64,000 nt of DNA from Sedimentisphaerales bacterium (GTDB taxonomy: Bacteria > Planctomycetota > Phycisphaerae > Sedimentisphaerales > SM23-30), in assembly GCA_963663805.2 (NCBI GenBank), contig CAXXMR010000025.1:1-64000 (forward strand). The letters are read 5' to 3'. Position numbers and translations under genes: made by a program. This document shows positions 9,284-20,072 of the stretch, piece after piece. Each line of letters opens with the position of its first letter. The first letter of the stretch is position 1. Below the pieces are notes generated by a model. It worked only from the letters and a program-made list of their open reading frames with translations, ran no database searches and was not told the origin of the DNA.

Positions 9284-11006
9284 ATGATGAATATAGAAGT
9301 AAACGGTAAGACTATAGAAGCCAAAAAGGGTGAGACGATTCTGGAAGCGTTGACCCGTGCCGGTATTAAGGTACCGACTTTGTGCTATATGAAAGATTTG
9401 GCTCCGACGGGTGCGTGCCGGATTTGTGTAGTGGAAATCGAAGGTCGTCCGGGTTTGATACCGAGTTGTGCGTATCCGGTTGAGGAAGGCATGAAGATCA
9501 AGACTCATTCGCCGCGTGTGGTTCGGGCCCGCAAGACGATAGTGGAGTTACTGCTTTCGGACGCATCCTGATGACTGTTTGTATTGTGTACGTAACGGTA
9601 ACTGTGAATTACAGGGTCTGGCTGAGGAATTGGGTGTGCGGGAACGTCGTTACACCGGTGCCAAGAACGAGCATAAGATTGACACATCGAGTTTGTCGAT
9701 TGTGCGTGACCCGAACAAGTGCATTCTTTGCGGTCGCTGCGTGCGTGTTTGTGAAGAGATTCAGGGTGTTTCGGCTCTGGATTTTGTGCATCGCGGCAGT
9801 AAAGCGATTGTGGGTACGGCGTTCAATGAAGGTTTGAATATTTCGAGCTGCATCAATTGCGGTCAGTGTATTATGGTTTGCCCGACGGGTGCTTTGCGTG
9901 AGCAGGACATGGTCAAGGATGTGACCGACGCGCTGCATAATCCTGAGAAGCTGGTTGTGGTTCAGCACGCTCCGAGTGTTTCGGTTTCGATTGCTGAAGA
10001 GTTCGGCATGAAGCCTGGTACCGATGTAGCGGGGATGATGACGGCGGCTTTGCGTTCGATAGGTTTCGACAGAGTTTTTGATACGTCGTTTTCGGCGGAT
10101 TTAACGATTATGGAAGAAGCGTCTGAGTTGGCCCATCGTATTGCTAACGGCGGGAAGCTGCCAATGATGACGAGCTGTTCGCCGGGCTGGATTAAGTTTG
10201 TGGAACAGTTTTATCCGGAATTTATGGAAAATCTTTCGACGTGCAAGAGTCCGCAGCAGATGCTGGGTGCGGTAATCAAGAGCTATTTCGCGCAGCGGGA
10301 AGGCATTGACCCTCATAATATTTACAGTGTGGCGGTTATGCCTTGTACGGCGAAGAAATTTGAATCGCAGCGTCCGGAGATGCTGGTTGAGGGTGTGCCG
10401 GATGTTGACGCGGTTATTACCACGCGTGAGCTGGCTCATATGATTCGTCGGCAGGGTTTGGATTTGGAGGCATTGGATCCGGAGGCGGCTGACAGTCCGT
10501 TTGGTCAGAGAAGTTCGGCGGGTAAACTGTTTGGTGCTTCTGGGGGCGTGATGGAGGCGGCGACTCGTACGGCTTATCACCTTTTGACCGGTGAGGAACT
10601 TCCGGAATTGAAGATTCAGAGCGTGCGTGGTCTGAAAGGCATTAAGGAAGCCCATGTCAAGATTGGTGATTTGGAAGTGGGCGTGGCGGTTGCCAGCGGT
10701 CTGGGTAATGCCCGGACGCTGCTGGAGCAGATAAAGGCTGGCCGCAGCGATATTCATTTTATTGAGATAATGACCTGTCCGGGCGGCTGTATCAATGGCG
10801 GCGGTCAGCCGCTGGGCGCGAACCCTGAAGCGATTAAGGCCCGTATGCAGGCTTTGTATAATATCGACCGCGACGAGACTTTGCGTTGCTCGCATCATAA
10901 CAAAGAGATTCAGCGTTTGTACGAGGAATATCTGGGCCAGCCGCTGAGCGAGAAGAGCCATCATCTGCTACATACTCATTATTGCAAACGTGATGTGATG
11001 CGTTGA
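9284..11006 (+). CDS. hydA: [FeFe]-hydrogenase catalytic subunit HydA (apparent frameshift at ~9560)
   Basis: 2Fe-2S (PTLC, CRICVV), HPDDCLYC restored by removing one G, 2x4Fe-4S, H-cluster motifs TSCSPGW, MPCTAKKFE, EIMTCPGGCINGGG; C-terminal LLHTHY. Confidence 0.95.
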
Positions 11007-11008
11007 TA

Positions 11009-11129
11009 GAAGGCAAGAGGCATTAGGCATGAGGCAAGAGTGAACGGCTCGGTTTCGGCCTTTGGCCGAGGAGTTTTATTTGACGGCTGGCAAGAGGCAT
11101 TAGGCAAGAGGGAACGGCTCGGCCTTGAA
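11009..11129 (+). repeat. Four tandem AGGCANN heptamers + GTGAACGGC-hairpin unit + partial second unit
   Basis: AGGCAAG AGGCATT AGGCATG AGGCAAG; stem TCGGCC-TTT-GGCCGA followed by a T-rich tract. Confidence 0.9.
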
Positions 11130-11157
11130 TTAATGGTTTTTAGGCTGAAGGGCGACA

Positions 11158-13146
11158 ATGGTACCAGAACGAAAAACCGGGTTTATAATGACACTGAAGG
11201 AACGTTGCCGGGTATGTTATACCTGTGTGCGTGAGTGTCCGGCTAAATCCATTCGGATAACGGATGGCCAGGCTGAGGTTATGCCTGAACGGTGCATAAG
11301 CTGCGGGAATTGTGTTCGGGTATGTTCTCAGAATGCCAAGCAGGTGATAAGCTCTATAGGTGAGATAAACGCTTTGCTGGCGGGTGATGCTAAAGTAGCG
11401 GCTTGTGTGGCTCCTTCATTCCCGGCGGATTTTGATGAATATGACTACCAGACGTTTGTGGGCATGATTCGTTCGCTGGGTTTTGATTATGTTACCGAGG
11501 TTGGTTTTGGGGCGGATTTGGTGGCGCAGGAATATGCCCGGCTGCTGGAAGAATCGCCCAAGAAGAGGCGTTATATTTCGACTCCCTGTCCGGCAGTGAT
11601 AACTTATGTCGAGAAATATCATTCGGAGCTGGTGGATTCGCTGGCCCCGATAGTCTCGCCGATGGTTGCCATGGCTCGGGTGATGCGGAAGATGTACGGT
11701 TCTGAGATCAAGATAGTTTTTATGGGCCCCTGCATCGCCAAGAAGTGTGAGGCTGAGAGTTTGAATGTGGCGGGTGATGTGGACGGGGTTCTGACGTTTG
11801 TCGAGCTTCGGGAGATGTTCAATGAGCGCAGTTTGAATCCGCAGCGAATCGTACAAACCGAGTTTGATGCTCCTCTGGCGAATCTGGGTGCTTTGTTTCC
11901 GATAGGGCGGGGGCTTTTGCAGGCGGCGGATATTGCCGAAGATTTGGTCGCTGGTGAGGTGGTAACCACCGACGGTAATAAGGAACTGGTTGAGGCAATC
12001 AAGGAATTTTCGACGGGCGATTTAGATGCTCGTTTTTTGGAGATACTCTGCTGTAACGGTTGTATAATGGGTGCGGGCATGTCTTCCAATGCTCCGTTGT
12101 TTACGCGGCGTAGCCGGGTGAGCCAGTATGTGCGGCAGCGGGTCGCGCATTTCGATGAGGACTTATGGCGTAAGCAAATCGAGGAGATGTCGGATTTGAA
12201 TTTACGTCGGGGTTTCCAGGCGAATAATCAGCGTTTGCCGATGCCGCGAACAAAGGAAATTACCGAAGTTATGTCCCGGATGGGCAAGCTGAAACCGGAA
12301 GATGAGCTTAACTGCGGGGCTTGCGGTTATGATACGTGTGTTGAGCATGCGGTGGCGATTTTGAAAGGGCTGGCGGAATCGGAAATGTGTTTGCCGCATA
12401 CGATTGACCAGCTGCGGACGATGATAAAGGAGCTGGCACACACTCAGGAAGCCCTGGTGCAGTCGGAGAAGCTGGCGAGTATGGGGCAGCTGGCGGCGGG
12501 TATCGCTCATGAGGTGAATAATCCACTGGGTGTGGTTTTGATGTACTCACATCTGCTGCTGGAAGAAGCGGAGAATAATCCGCAGATGCAGGATGATTTG
12601 AAGATGGTGGTGGAGCAGGCGGATCGCTGCAAGAAGATTGTGGCGGGGCTGCTGCACTTTGCCCGGCAGAACAAGGTTACTTTGCAGCCGACGGATATAA
12701 AGGAGATAATCGAGCGGAATATAGAAGTTTTGGCGGTGCCGGACAATGTTGTGGTTAATTTGGCGGTTGAGACCGATGATACCATGGCTGAGCTGGACGG
12801 TGACCAGATTGCTCAGGTGTTTACGAATCTGCTGGGCAACGCGGTTTCGGCGATGCCGGACGGTGGGGAACTGACCGTAAAAATAATGGGGACGGATGAC
12901 ATGCTTACGGTTCATGTGATCGATACGGGGACGGGGATTAGCGCGACTATTTTGCCGAAGATATTTGAGCCGTTCTTTACGACCAAGGAAATTGGGATGG
13001 GGACCGGACTGGGTCTGGCGGTTACTTATGGTATAATTAAGATGCATCGCGGTGATGTCAAGGTCAGCTCGAATGATAAACCGGAGGCAGGGCCTACGGG
13101 TACGACGTTTACGATTACCTTGCCGCGAAAGGGACAGCGGGATTGA
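11158..13146 (+). CDS. Sensory (group C type) [FeFe]-hydrogenase domain fused to histidine kinase
   Basis: 2x4Fe-4S; variant H-cluster motifs [36 protein letters not shown]e-S domain; AHEVNNPL H-box; N, G1 (DTGTG), F (FEPFFTTK) and G2 (GTGLGL) boxes. Confidence 0.9.
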   Translation: MVPERKTGFIMTLKERCRVCYTCVRECPAKSIRITDGQAEVMPERCISCGNCVRVCSQNAKQVISSIGEINALLAGDAKVAACVAPSFPADFDEYDYQTFVGMIRSLGFDYVTEVGFGADLVAQEYARLLEESPKKRRYISTPCPAVITYVEKYHSELVDSLAPIVSPMVAMARVMRKMYGSEIKIVFMGPCIAKKCEAESLNVAGDVDGVLTFVELREMFNERSLNPQRIVQTEFDAPLANLGALFPIGRGLLQAADIAEDLVAGEVVTTDGNKELVEAIKEFSTGDLDARFLEILCCNGCIMGAGMSSNAPLFTRRSRVSQYVRQRVAHFDEDLWRKQIEEMSDLNLRRGFQANNQRLPMPRTKEITEVMSRMGKLKPEDELNCGACGYDTCVEHAVAILKGLAESEMCLPHTIDQLRTMIKELAHTQEALVQSEKLASMGQLAAGIAHEVNNPLGVVLMYSHLLLEEAENNPQMQDDLKMVVEQADRCKKIVAGLLHFARQNKVTLQPTDIKEIIERNIEVLAVPDNVVVNLAVETDDTMAELDGDQIAQVFTNLLGNAVSAMPDGGELTVKIMGTDDMLTVHVIDTGTGISATILPKIFEPFFTTKEIGMGTGLGLAVTYGIIKMHRGDVKVSSNDKPEAGPTGTTFTITLPRKGQRD

Positions 13147-13149
13147 AAA

Positions 13150-13213
13150 TCAGAGGTCAGATTTCAGAAATCAGGTGCAAGCAGAATAACGGCGAGGTTT
13201 CGCCTTTGGCGAT
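13150..13213 (+). repeat. TCAGANN heptamers + AACGGC-hairpin unit
   Basis: TCAGAGG TCAGATT TCAGAAA TCAGG; ATAACGGCGAGGTT, stem TCGCC-TTT-GGCGA. Confidence 0.75.
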
Positions 13214-13277
13214 ATGAAACAGGCAACTAACATGATTGGCGGGCTTATGGCGCCCATATACAGTAAAGGTAAGATTT

Positions 13278-13673
13278 ATGGATAACAAAGATATTACGGT
13301 TTTGGTGGTTGATGACGATGCTGATTTTCTGGAGCAGCATAAGCTGATGCTGGAGTCGGTGGGTTATAATGTCATTACCGCTGACTCTCAGGCCCGGGCC
13401 GAGGAGATTCTCAAGGAAACCAAGCCGAATTTGGCGATTGTGGATTTGATGATGGAACATGCCGACGGCGGTTTCGCGTTGTGCTATCACATCAAGAAGC
13501 TGGACAGCAATATACCGGTTATACTGGTAACGGCGGTTGCCTCCGAGACTGGTTTGGAGTTTGACGCGGCTACAACAGAAGAGCGTTCGTGGGTCAAGGC
13601 TGACGCGTTTCTGGCAAAGCCGGTACGTTTTGAGCAGCTCCAGCACGAGATAAACACTCTGCTTAGGAAATAA
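13278..13673 (+). CDS. Single-domain response regulator (receiver only)
   Basis: VLVVDDD, AIVDLMM phospho-Asp, LVTA, KP. Confidence 0.92.
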   Translation: MDNKDITVLVVDDDADFLEQHKLMLESVGYNVITADSQARAEEILKETKPNLAIVDLMMEHADGGFALCYHIKKLDSNIPVILVTAVASETGLEFDAATTEERSWVKADAFLAKPVRFEQLQHEINTLLRK

Positions 13674-13675
13674 AA

Positions 13676-14845
13676 ATGGATACCCTGCGGGTTTTGATAG
13701 TTGATGACGAACCGGGTATGCGGATGGGCGCGGCCCGGGCTTTGCGTGATTTTCGGATAGAGATACCGGAAGTTCAGGCAGAGTTCATGATAGAAACGGC
13801 GATGGCGGAATCGGGCGAGCAGGCCCTGGAGATGATTGAGCAATCTATGCCCGACATTCTGCTGCTGGACCATAAACTGCCCGGTATGAGCGGGCTGGAT
13901 GTGCTGGAGCAGATTCAGGACAAGACTGACCGTATGCTGACGGTTATGATAACGGCTTACGCGTCGCTGGAGACGGCGGTTACGGCTATCAAACGGGGTG
14001 CTTATGATTTTTTGGCTAAGCCGTTTACGCCGAAAGAGCTGAAGGCTACGGTGCGTCGGGCGGCTGAAAGTCTTATTATGGCGCGGCAGGCGTTGAAGCT
14101 GGCTCAGGAAAAACGTCAGGTACGTTTTCAGTTTATTTCGGTTTTGGCACACGAACTGAAGGCGCCGTTAGGAGCGATTCAGGGTTATTTGCAAATAGTT
14201 CGGGATAAGGGCGCCGGTGATAATCCGGCGACTTATGACCATATGCTGGACCGCAGTTTGATTCGGCTGGAGGGGATGCGTAAGATGATAATGGACCTGC
14301 TTGATTTGACGCGGATTGAGTCGGGTCAGAAGAAACGTGAGATAAGTGAGCTTAATATTCGGGAAATCGCTCTGACGGCGCAAGAGACATTTACGCCGGA
14401 CGCTCAGGCACGTGATATTAAGATTAATTTGCAGTCGCCTGATGAGGTTGTGATGACGGGTGACCGGGGCGAAATCGAGATTATTTTCAATAACCTGGTT
14501 TCCAACGCGGTGAAATATAACCGGGACGGCGGCAGCGTGAATGTGAATATTACTCAGGATGATGATGCCATTACGGTTGCGGTTACGGATACCGGGATTG
14601 GGATGACCAAACAGGAGGCTGCGCAGTTGTTCGGCGATTTTGTCCGTATCAAGAACGAAAAGACGCGGAAGATTCTGGGCAGCGGTCTGGGCCTGGCGAT
14701 TCTGAAGAAGATTAGCGCACTTTATGACGGACATATACGCGTTGACAGCGAACCGGATGTGGGCAGTACCTTTACGGTTACTCTGAGCAAACACGCCGAC
14801 CCGGACAAGAACGAGCGGGAGAGTGGTCCGCAGGAACAAGGGTAG
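13676..14845 (+). CDS. Hybrid receiver-histidine kinase
   Basis: VDDE...LLDHKLP...KPF receiver; AHELKAPL H-box; NLVSNAVKY, DTGIG, GSGLGL. Confidence 0.92.
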   Translation: MDTLRVLIVDDEPGMRMGAARALRDFRIEIPEVQAEFMIETAMAESGEQALEMIEQSMPDILLLDHKLPGMSGLDVLEQIQDKTDRMLTVMITAYASLETAVTAIKRGAYDFLAKPFTPKELKATVRRAAESLIMARQALKLAQEKRQVRFQFISVLAHELKAPLGAIQGYLQIVRDKGAGDNPATYDHMLDRSLIRLEGMRKMIMDLLDLTRIESGQKKREISELNIREIALTAQETFTPDAQARDIKINLQSPDEVVMTGDRGEIEIIFNNLVSNAVKYNRDGGSVNVNITQDDDAITVAVTDTGIGMTKQEAAQLFGDFVRIKNEKTRKILGSGLGLAILKKISALYDGHIRVDSEPDVGSTFTVTLSKHADPDKNERESGPQEQG

Positions 14846-14886
14846 GAGCGTAAGGTTTTGTCAGATGCAAGCGATAGACAGGCGGA

Positions 14887-15954
14887 ATGTTTATGCCTCT
14901 TGATTACGAGGAAATACTTAGCTGGCTTCGAGAGGAAGACCCGGCACGACTAGAAGAGCTTTGGGCCTGTGCGGATAAGGTTCGGGTTGAAAATGTGGGG
15001 GATGAAGTACATTTGCGGGGGCTCATCGAGATTTCGAATCATTGTCGGCGGCGGTGCGGGTATTGCGGACTGAACGCCGAGAATCTTAAAGTAACACGCT
15101 ATCGCATGACGGCTGAGGAAATTCTGGGCTGTGCCGTCAAAGCGGCTGATTATGGTTATGGTACGGTTGTGATGCAGTCTGGGGAGGATTTGGCTCTGTC
15201 GGGAGAATTTATTGCGGAGGTTGTAAGTCGGATAAAGTCTGAGACTGATTTGGCGATTACGCTTAGTCTGGGCGAGCGGACGGACGACGAATTGCGGTTG
15301 TGGCGAGAGGCGGGGGCGGACAGATATTTGCTGCGATTTGAAACTTCCAATCGAGCGGTCTATGATAAGATACACCCGCCGGTTGGTTCGACAGTGTCGG
15401 ACCGGTTTTCGCTATTGCGTCGGTTGGGTGAGCTGGGTTATGAGGTCGGCAGTGGTGTGATGATTGGCATACCGGGTACGACTTATGAGGATTTGGCTTG
15501 TGATATAATGAAGTTTGCGGAGCTGGACCTCGATATGATAGGTGTCGGGCCTTTTATTTCCCATCCTGATACGCCGCTGGGCAGTGCGGCGGGTGTTGAG
15601 GGGCAGGTGCCCAATACGGAAAAGATGACTTATAAGGTGGTGGCGTTGACACGATTGGTTTGTCCGCTGACGAATATACCCAGCACGACGGCTTTGGCGA
15701 CTCTGAATATAGCTGAGGGACGTGAGTTGGGTTTGCAGCGGGGTGCGAATGTGGTTATGCCGAATATGACGCCGGTGGAATATCGGTCTCTGTATAAGAT
15801 TTATCCAGCCAAGGCTTGCATTAAGGAAACTTCGGAAGAGTGTCTGGCTTGTATGGCTGGTCGGATTCGTTCGCTGGGCAGGAGGCCGGGACTGGGGCGG
15901 GGTGATTCGGCTAACAAGCTGCGGCGGTTAAAACAGGAAACGGAATTACGATAG
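14887..15954 (+). CDS. hydE: H-cluster radical SAM maturase HydE
   Basis: CRRRCGYC, YLLRFET, GANVVMPN, YKIYP. Confidence 0.93.
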   Translation: MFMPLDYEEILSWLREEDPARLEELWACADKVRVENVGDEVHLRGLIEISNHCRRRCGYCGLNAENLKVTRYRMTAEEILGCAVKAADYGYGTVVMQSGEDLALSGEFIAEVVSRIKSETDLAITLSLGERTDDELRLWREAGADRYLLRFETSNRAVYDKIHPPVGSTVSDRFSLLRRLGELGYEVGSGVMIGIPGTTYEDLACDIMKFAELDLDMIGVGPFISHPDTPLGSAAGVEGQVPNTEKMTYKVVALTRLVCPLTNIPSTTALATLNIAEGRELGLQRGANVVMPNMTPVEYRSLYKIYPAKACIKETSEECLACMAGRIRSLGRRPGLGRGDSANKLRRLKQETELR

Positions 15955-17370
15955 ATGAATAATCGACAACTTAGTAAAAACGCGTTTGATTTTATTGATG
16001 AGGTTCAGCTGGAAGATTTGCTGAAGGCGGATAAGCCTGATTCCGATGAGGTTGCGGCTATTGTGGCCAAGGCGTTGGATAAGCAGCCTTTGAGTGTTGA
16101 GGAAACCTCGCGTTTGCTTCTGGCTGATGATGCCGAGCAGGTTGAGCGGATTTTCGCGGCGGCCCGTGAGTTAAAGCGGAATGTTTACGGCAATCGTATT
16201 GTGCTGTTCGCACCGTTGTATATTGGTAATAAATGTGTGAACGATTGTTTGTATTGCGGGTTCAGGTGTTCGAATAAAGATGCCAAGCGGCGGACTTTGA
16301 GTGGTGAGGATATTACCGCTCAGGTCGAGGCTTTGGAAAATGTTGGTCATAAGCGGCTGATACTAGTTTTTGGTGAACATCGTGATTATGGCGCGGATTT
16401 TATCGCTGAGAGTGTGCGGCAGGCATATAAGGTGAAGGTTGGTCATGGCGAGATTCGGCGTGTGAATATCAATGCGGCTCCTCTGGATGTCGCAGGGTAT
16501 CGCAAGGTGAAAGAGGCCGGTATAGGTACTTATCAGATTTTTCAGGAGACTTATCATCACGACACCTACGCGAAGGTTCATCCGGCGGGGACGCTCAAGA
16601 ATGATTATCTTTATCGGCTGGACGGGCTGAACCGGGCGATGGAGGCTGGGGTGGATGATGTCGGTATCGGGGTGCTGTATGGTTTGTATGACTGGCGGTT
16701 TGAAACGCTGGGGCTGGTGAATCACGCTTTGTTTTTGCAGGAGCGTTATGGTGTAGGGCCGCACACTATCAGTTTTCCTCGTTTGCGTCCGGCGTTGGGC
16801 GTGGAGATGGATACGCAGTATATGGTTGATGACGACCAGTTCAAGCGGCTGGTGGCGATATTGCGTTTGGCGGTTCCTTATACCGGTTTGATTCTTACCG
16901 CTCGGGAAAATCCGGCGGTGCGTCGTGAGCTGATGAGCTTTGGCGTGTCGCAGATTGATGCTGGCTCGCGGATTGAGATTGGTGGTTATACCGAGGCCGG
17001 CGACGCTCAGGTGCTGGATGAGGAGCAGTTTGAATTGGGTGACATTCGCAGTCTGGATGAGGTAATGCGTGATTTGCTGGCCGATGGTTATATACCGAGC
17101 TTTTGCACTTCCTGCTATCGTCTGGGCCGAACGGGTGAGCATTTTATGGAGTTTGCGATACCGGGTTTTATCAAACGCTTCTGTTCGCCTAACGCTATGA
17201 CGACTCTGATGGAGTATCTGGTGGATTACGCTTCGCCGGAAACGCAGGCGGTAGGGCGGCAGCTTATCGATAGGGAACTAGCTGAGATGGAAGATTCGGA
17301 GATGAAACAGCAGCTTGTCGAGCGGCTGGATAAGATACAGACTACGGACCAGCGGGATTTATATTTTTGA
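15955..17370 (+). CDS. hydG: H-cluster radical SAM maturase HydG
   Basis: FAPLY, CVNDCLYC, FQETY, PHTISFPR, SFCTSCYR...C auxiliary cluster, C-terminal RDLYF. Confidence 0.95.
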   Translation: MNNRQLSKNAFDFIDEVQLEDLLKADKPDSDEVAAIVAKALDKQPLSVEETSRLLLADDAEQVERIFAAARELKRNVYGNRIVLFAPLYIGNKCVNDCLYCGFRCSNKDAKRRTLSGEDITAQVEALENVGHKRLILVFGEHRDYGADFIAESVRQAYKVKVGHGEIRRVNINAAPLDVAGYRKVKEAGIGTYQIFQETYHHDTYAKVHPAGTLKNDYLYRLDGLNRAMEAGVDDVGIGVLYGLYDWRFETLGLVNHALFLQERYGVGPHTISFPRLRPALGVEMDTQYMVDDDQFKRLVAILRLAVPYTGLILTARENPAVRRELMSFGVSQIDAGSRIEIGGYTEAGDAQVLDEEQFELGDIRSLDEVMRDLLADGYIPSFCTSCYRLGRTGEHFMEFAIPGFIKRFCSPNAMTTLMEYLVDYASPETQAVGRQLIDRELAEMEDSEMKQQLVERLDKIQTTDQRDLYF

Positions 17371-18791
17371 CAGATTCTATGGAAAAACGCATCGAAAAAG
17401 ATTTACTGGGTGAACTGGCCGTGCCTGCCGAGGCGTTGTATGGTATACATACGGTGCGGGCGTTGGATAATTTTCCGCTGGCGCATCGGTCGGTCAACCG
17501 GACCCTGATTCATGCTTTCGGCGTGGTTAAACTGGCATGTGTGCGTACCAATCAGCGGATTAAATCCTGGGATGACGATGTTTTTTCGGCATTGGAAAGA
17601 GCTTGTCTGGAATTGTCCGATGGTAAACTCGATGAGCATATTGTTGTTGACGCTTTGCAGGGCGGGGCGGGTACTTCGACAAATATGAATGTTAATGAGG
17701 TTATCGCGAACCGGGCTTTGCAGTTATTGGGGCGGGAGTTGGGCGATTATGATTTTATTCATCCGCTGGACGATGTGAACAAACACCAATCAACTAACGA
17801 TACCTATCCGACCGCGCTGAAGGTGGCGGCAATAGGGCAGTTGCGGCATCTGGAACGTAAAGTGGTTTTGCTGCTGGAGGCGTTTCAGGCGAAGGAAAAG
17901 GAATTTGCCGATGTTGTCAAGGTTGCTCGTACGCAGATGCAGGATGCGGTTTTGACGACGTTGGGTCGGGAGATGTCAGCCTATGCTGAGGCCTTGGGAC
18001 GGGATCGCTGGCGGATTTATAAATGTGAGGAACGTTTGCGGGTGGTTAATCTGGGTGGTACAGCCATTGGTACGGGGCTGGGGGCACCGCGGGAATTTAT
18101 TTTTCAGGCGACCGAACAGTTACGCGAGATTACCGCTCTGGGTTTGGCACGTGCGGAAAATCTGGTTGAGGCAACGCAGAATACGGACGCTTTTGTTGAG
18201 GTGAGCGGGATACTGAAGTCGCTGGCTTCTAATTTACTGAAGGTCGCTACGGATTTGCGTTTTATGTCGTCCGGCCCGGCGGCGGGTATCGGCGAGATTG
18301 CCCTGCCGGCACGTCAGGCGGGTTCGTCGATTATGCCCGGCAAGGTCAACCCGGTTATTCCCGAAGCGGTTAGTCAGGCCGCCCTGGCGGTGATGGCAAA
18401 TGACCAGTCTCTTACCATGGCTTGCTCGCTGGGTAATCTTGAGCTTAACGCGTTTATGCCGCTTATCGCTGAGAGTCTGTTGGGCAGTCTGGATTTACTG
18501 GCGAACGCGGCAGATATTTTTCGCAGGCATTGTGTCGAGGGAATACAAGCTAATCGGCAGCGTTGTCGACAGCAGGTGGCAAACGCGACCGCGGCGGTAA
18601 CGGTTTTGGTTGGGTTTCTGGGTTATGAAAAAGCGACCGAGTTGGCAGAAGCGATGCGGGAACAAGGCAAGTCATTACGGAAATTGGTTATTGAGCAGAA
18701 ATTACTGACCGGTGAGCAGTTTGACGAACTTATTTCTCCGGAAGCGGTGATGCGTTTGGGTTCACCGAAAGGGGAGGCCGATAATGGATAA
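17367..18791 (+). CDS. aspA: Aspartate ammonia-lyase
   Basis: QGGAGTSTNMN, QSTND, GSSIMPGKVNP signature. Confidence 0.92.
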   Translation: MTDSMEKRIEKDLLGELAVPAEALYGIHTVRALDNFPLAHRSVNRTLIHAFGVVKLACVRTNQRIKSWDDDVFSALERACLELSDGKLDEHIVVDALQGGAGTSTNMNVNEVIANRALQLLGRELGDYDFIHPLDDVNKHQSTNDTYPTALKVAAIGQLRHLERKVVLLLEAFQAKEKEFADVVKVARTQMQDAVLTTLGREMSAYAEALGRDRWRIYKCEERLRVVNLGGTAIGTGLGAPREFIFQATEQLREITALGLARAENLVEATQNTDAFVEVSGILKSLASNLLKVATDLRFMSSGPAAGIGEIALPARQAGSSIMPGKVNPVIPEAVSQAALAVMANDQSLTMACSLGNLELNAFMPLIAESLLGSLDLLANAADIFRRHCVEGIQANRQRCRQQVANATAAVTVLVGFLGYEKATELAEAMREQGKSLRKLVIEQKLLTGEQFDELISPEAVMRLGSPKGEADNG

Positions 18792-20007
18792 GACACCGAA
18801 GGGCTTGCGGCTTCATATCGGGATTTTTGGGCGGCGTAATGTGGGTAAATCATCACTGCTGAACGCCATGACCCGACAGAATGTGTCCCTGGTATCCGGG
18901 GTGGCCGGAACCACGACCGACCCGGTGGAAAAACCTATGGAGCTTTTACCGCTGGGCCCGGTTTTATTTATTGATACCGCTGGTATCGATGATGTCGGTG
19001 ATTTGGGGCAGATGCGGGTACAGCGCAGTCGGGAGATTTTCGACCGGACCGATGTCGCGATAATAGTCACGGAATCTGGTGTTTGGGGCGATTTTGAGGA
19101 ACAACTGCTTGCCGAACTGAAAGGGCGGGAGCTGCCGGTTATTGTGGTGTTCAACAAAACCGATTTGGCTGAACCGGATGAGGCTTTAATATCGCGTTTG
19201 CAGGCTGATAAAAACCTTTCGGTACGGGCTTGTGCCGCTAAAGGTGAAGGCATTCTTGATTTACGGGAAGCCCTGATACGGACAGCGCCGGAAGATTTTA
19301 TCAATACTCCGGCATTGGTGGGTGACCTCGTGCCCGCTGGTGAACTGGTAATGCTGGTGGTGCCGATTGATTTGGAGGCACCGAAGGGGCGTTTGATTTT
19401 ACCGCAGGTGCAGGCTATTCGGGACATTCTCGATAATGACGCTTATTGCATGGTTGTCAAGGAACGTGAATTGCGGGACGCTCTGGACCGTTTGAAGCGT
19501 CCGCCGCGGCTGGTCGTGACGGATTCGCAGGCGTTTTTGAAGGTTGGTGCTGATACGCCGGACGATATTCTGCTGACCAGTTTTTCTATTCTGTTCGCAC
19601 GGGCCAAGGGTGATTTAGCTGAGTTTGCCCGCGGTGCCCAAGCCATAGAAAATCTCAGGCCGGGCGGCAAAGTTCTCATTGCCGAAGCTTGTTCACATCA
19701 TCCGGTGGGTGAGGATATTGGCCGAATCAAGATTCCCCGCTGGCTGAGCCAGTATGTCGGCGGCAAGCTGGAATTCGTAACGGTACAGGGCCATGATTTC
19801 CCGGATGACCCTTCGGGTTACGACCTGATAGTCCATTGCGGAGCGTGTATGTGGAACCGTCGTGAGGTGCTGACCCGCATATTGCGGTGCCGTCGAGCGG
19901 GCGTGCCGATTACCAATTACGGTATGGCAATTTCTTACAGCCTGGGCATCTTTGAACGGGCCTTAAAACCGTTTCCCGCGGCATTGCAGGCGGCAGGACT
20001 GGCTTAG
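18784..20007 (+). CDS. hydF: H-cluster maturation GTPase HydF
   Basis: GRRNVGKSS, DTAG, NKTD, EACSHH, HCGAC. Confidence 0.95.
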   Translation: MDKTPKGLRLHIGIFGRRNVGKSSLLNAMTRQNVSLVSGVAGTTTDPVEKPMELLPLGPVLFIDTAGIDDVGDLGQMRVQRSREIFDRTDVAIIVTESGVWGDFEEQLLAELKGRELPVIVVFNKTDLAEPDEALISRLQADKNLSVRACAAKGEGILDLREALIRTAPEDFINTPALVGDLVPAGELVMLVVPIDLEAPKGRLILPQVQAIRDILDNDAYCMVVKERELRDALDRLKRPPRLVVTDSQAFLKVGADTPDDILLTSFSILFARAKGDLAEFARGAQAIENLRPGGKVLIAEACSHHPVGEDIGRIKIPRWLSQYVGGKLEFVTVQGHDFPDDPSGYDLIVHCGACMWNRREVLTRILRCRRAGVPITNYGMAISYSLGIFERALKPFPAALQAAGLA

Positions 20008-20020
20008 CATAAACAAATAT

Positions 20021-20057
20021 AGCTCGAACGAACACTGCTAAGCTATCCGTTCGAGCT
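20021..20057. terminator. Hairpin between convergent hydF and PEP-CTERM gene
   Basis: AGCTCGAACG/CGTTCGAGCT 10-bp stem. Confidence 0.55.
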
Positions 20058-20072
20058 TCAATATTTAAACGA

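Noticed and set aside
9555..9580. Split hydA, selenocysteine or programmed frameshift at TGATGA
   Set aside because: Removing one G restores the expected HPDDCLYC motif. The downstream part is in another frame, so read-through cannot explain it; similar indels are widespread.
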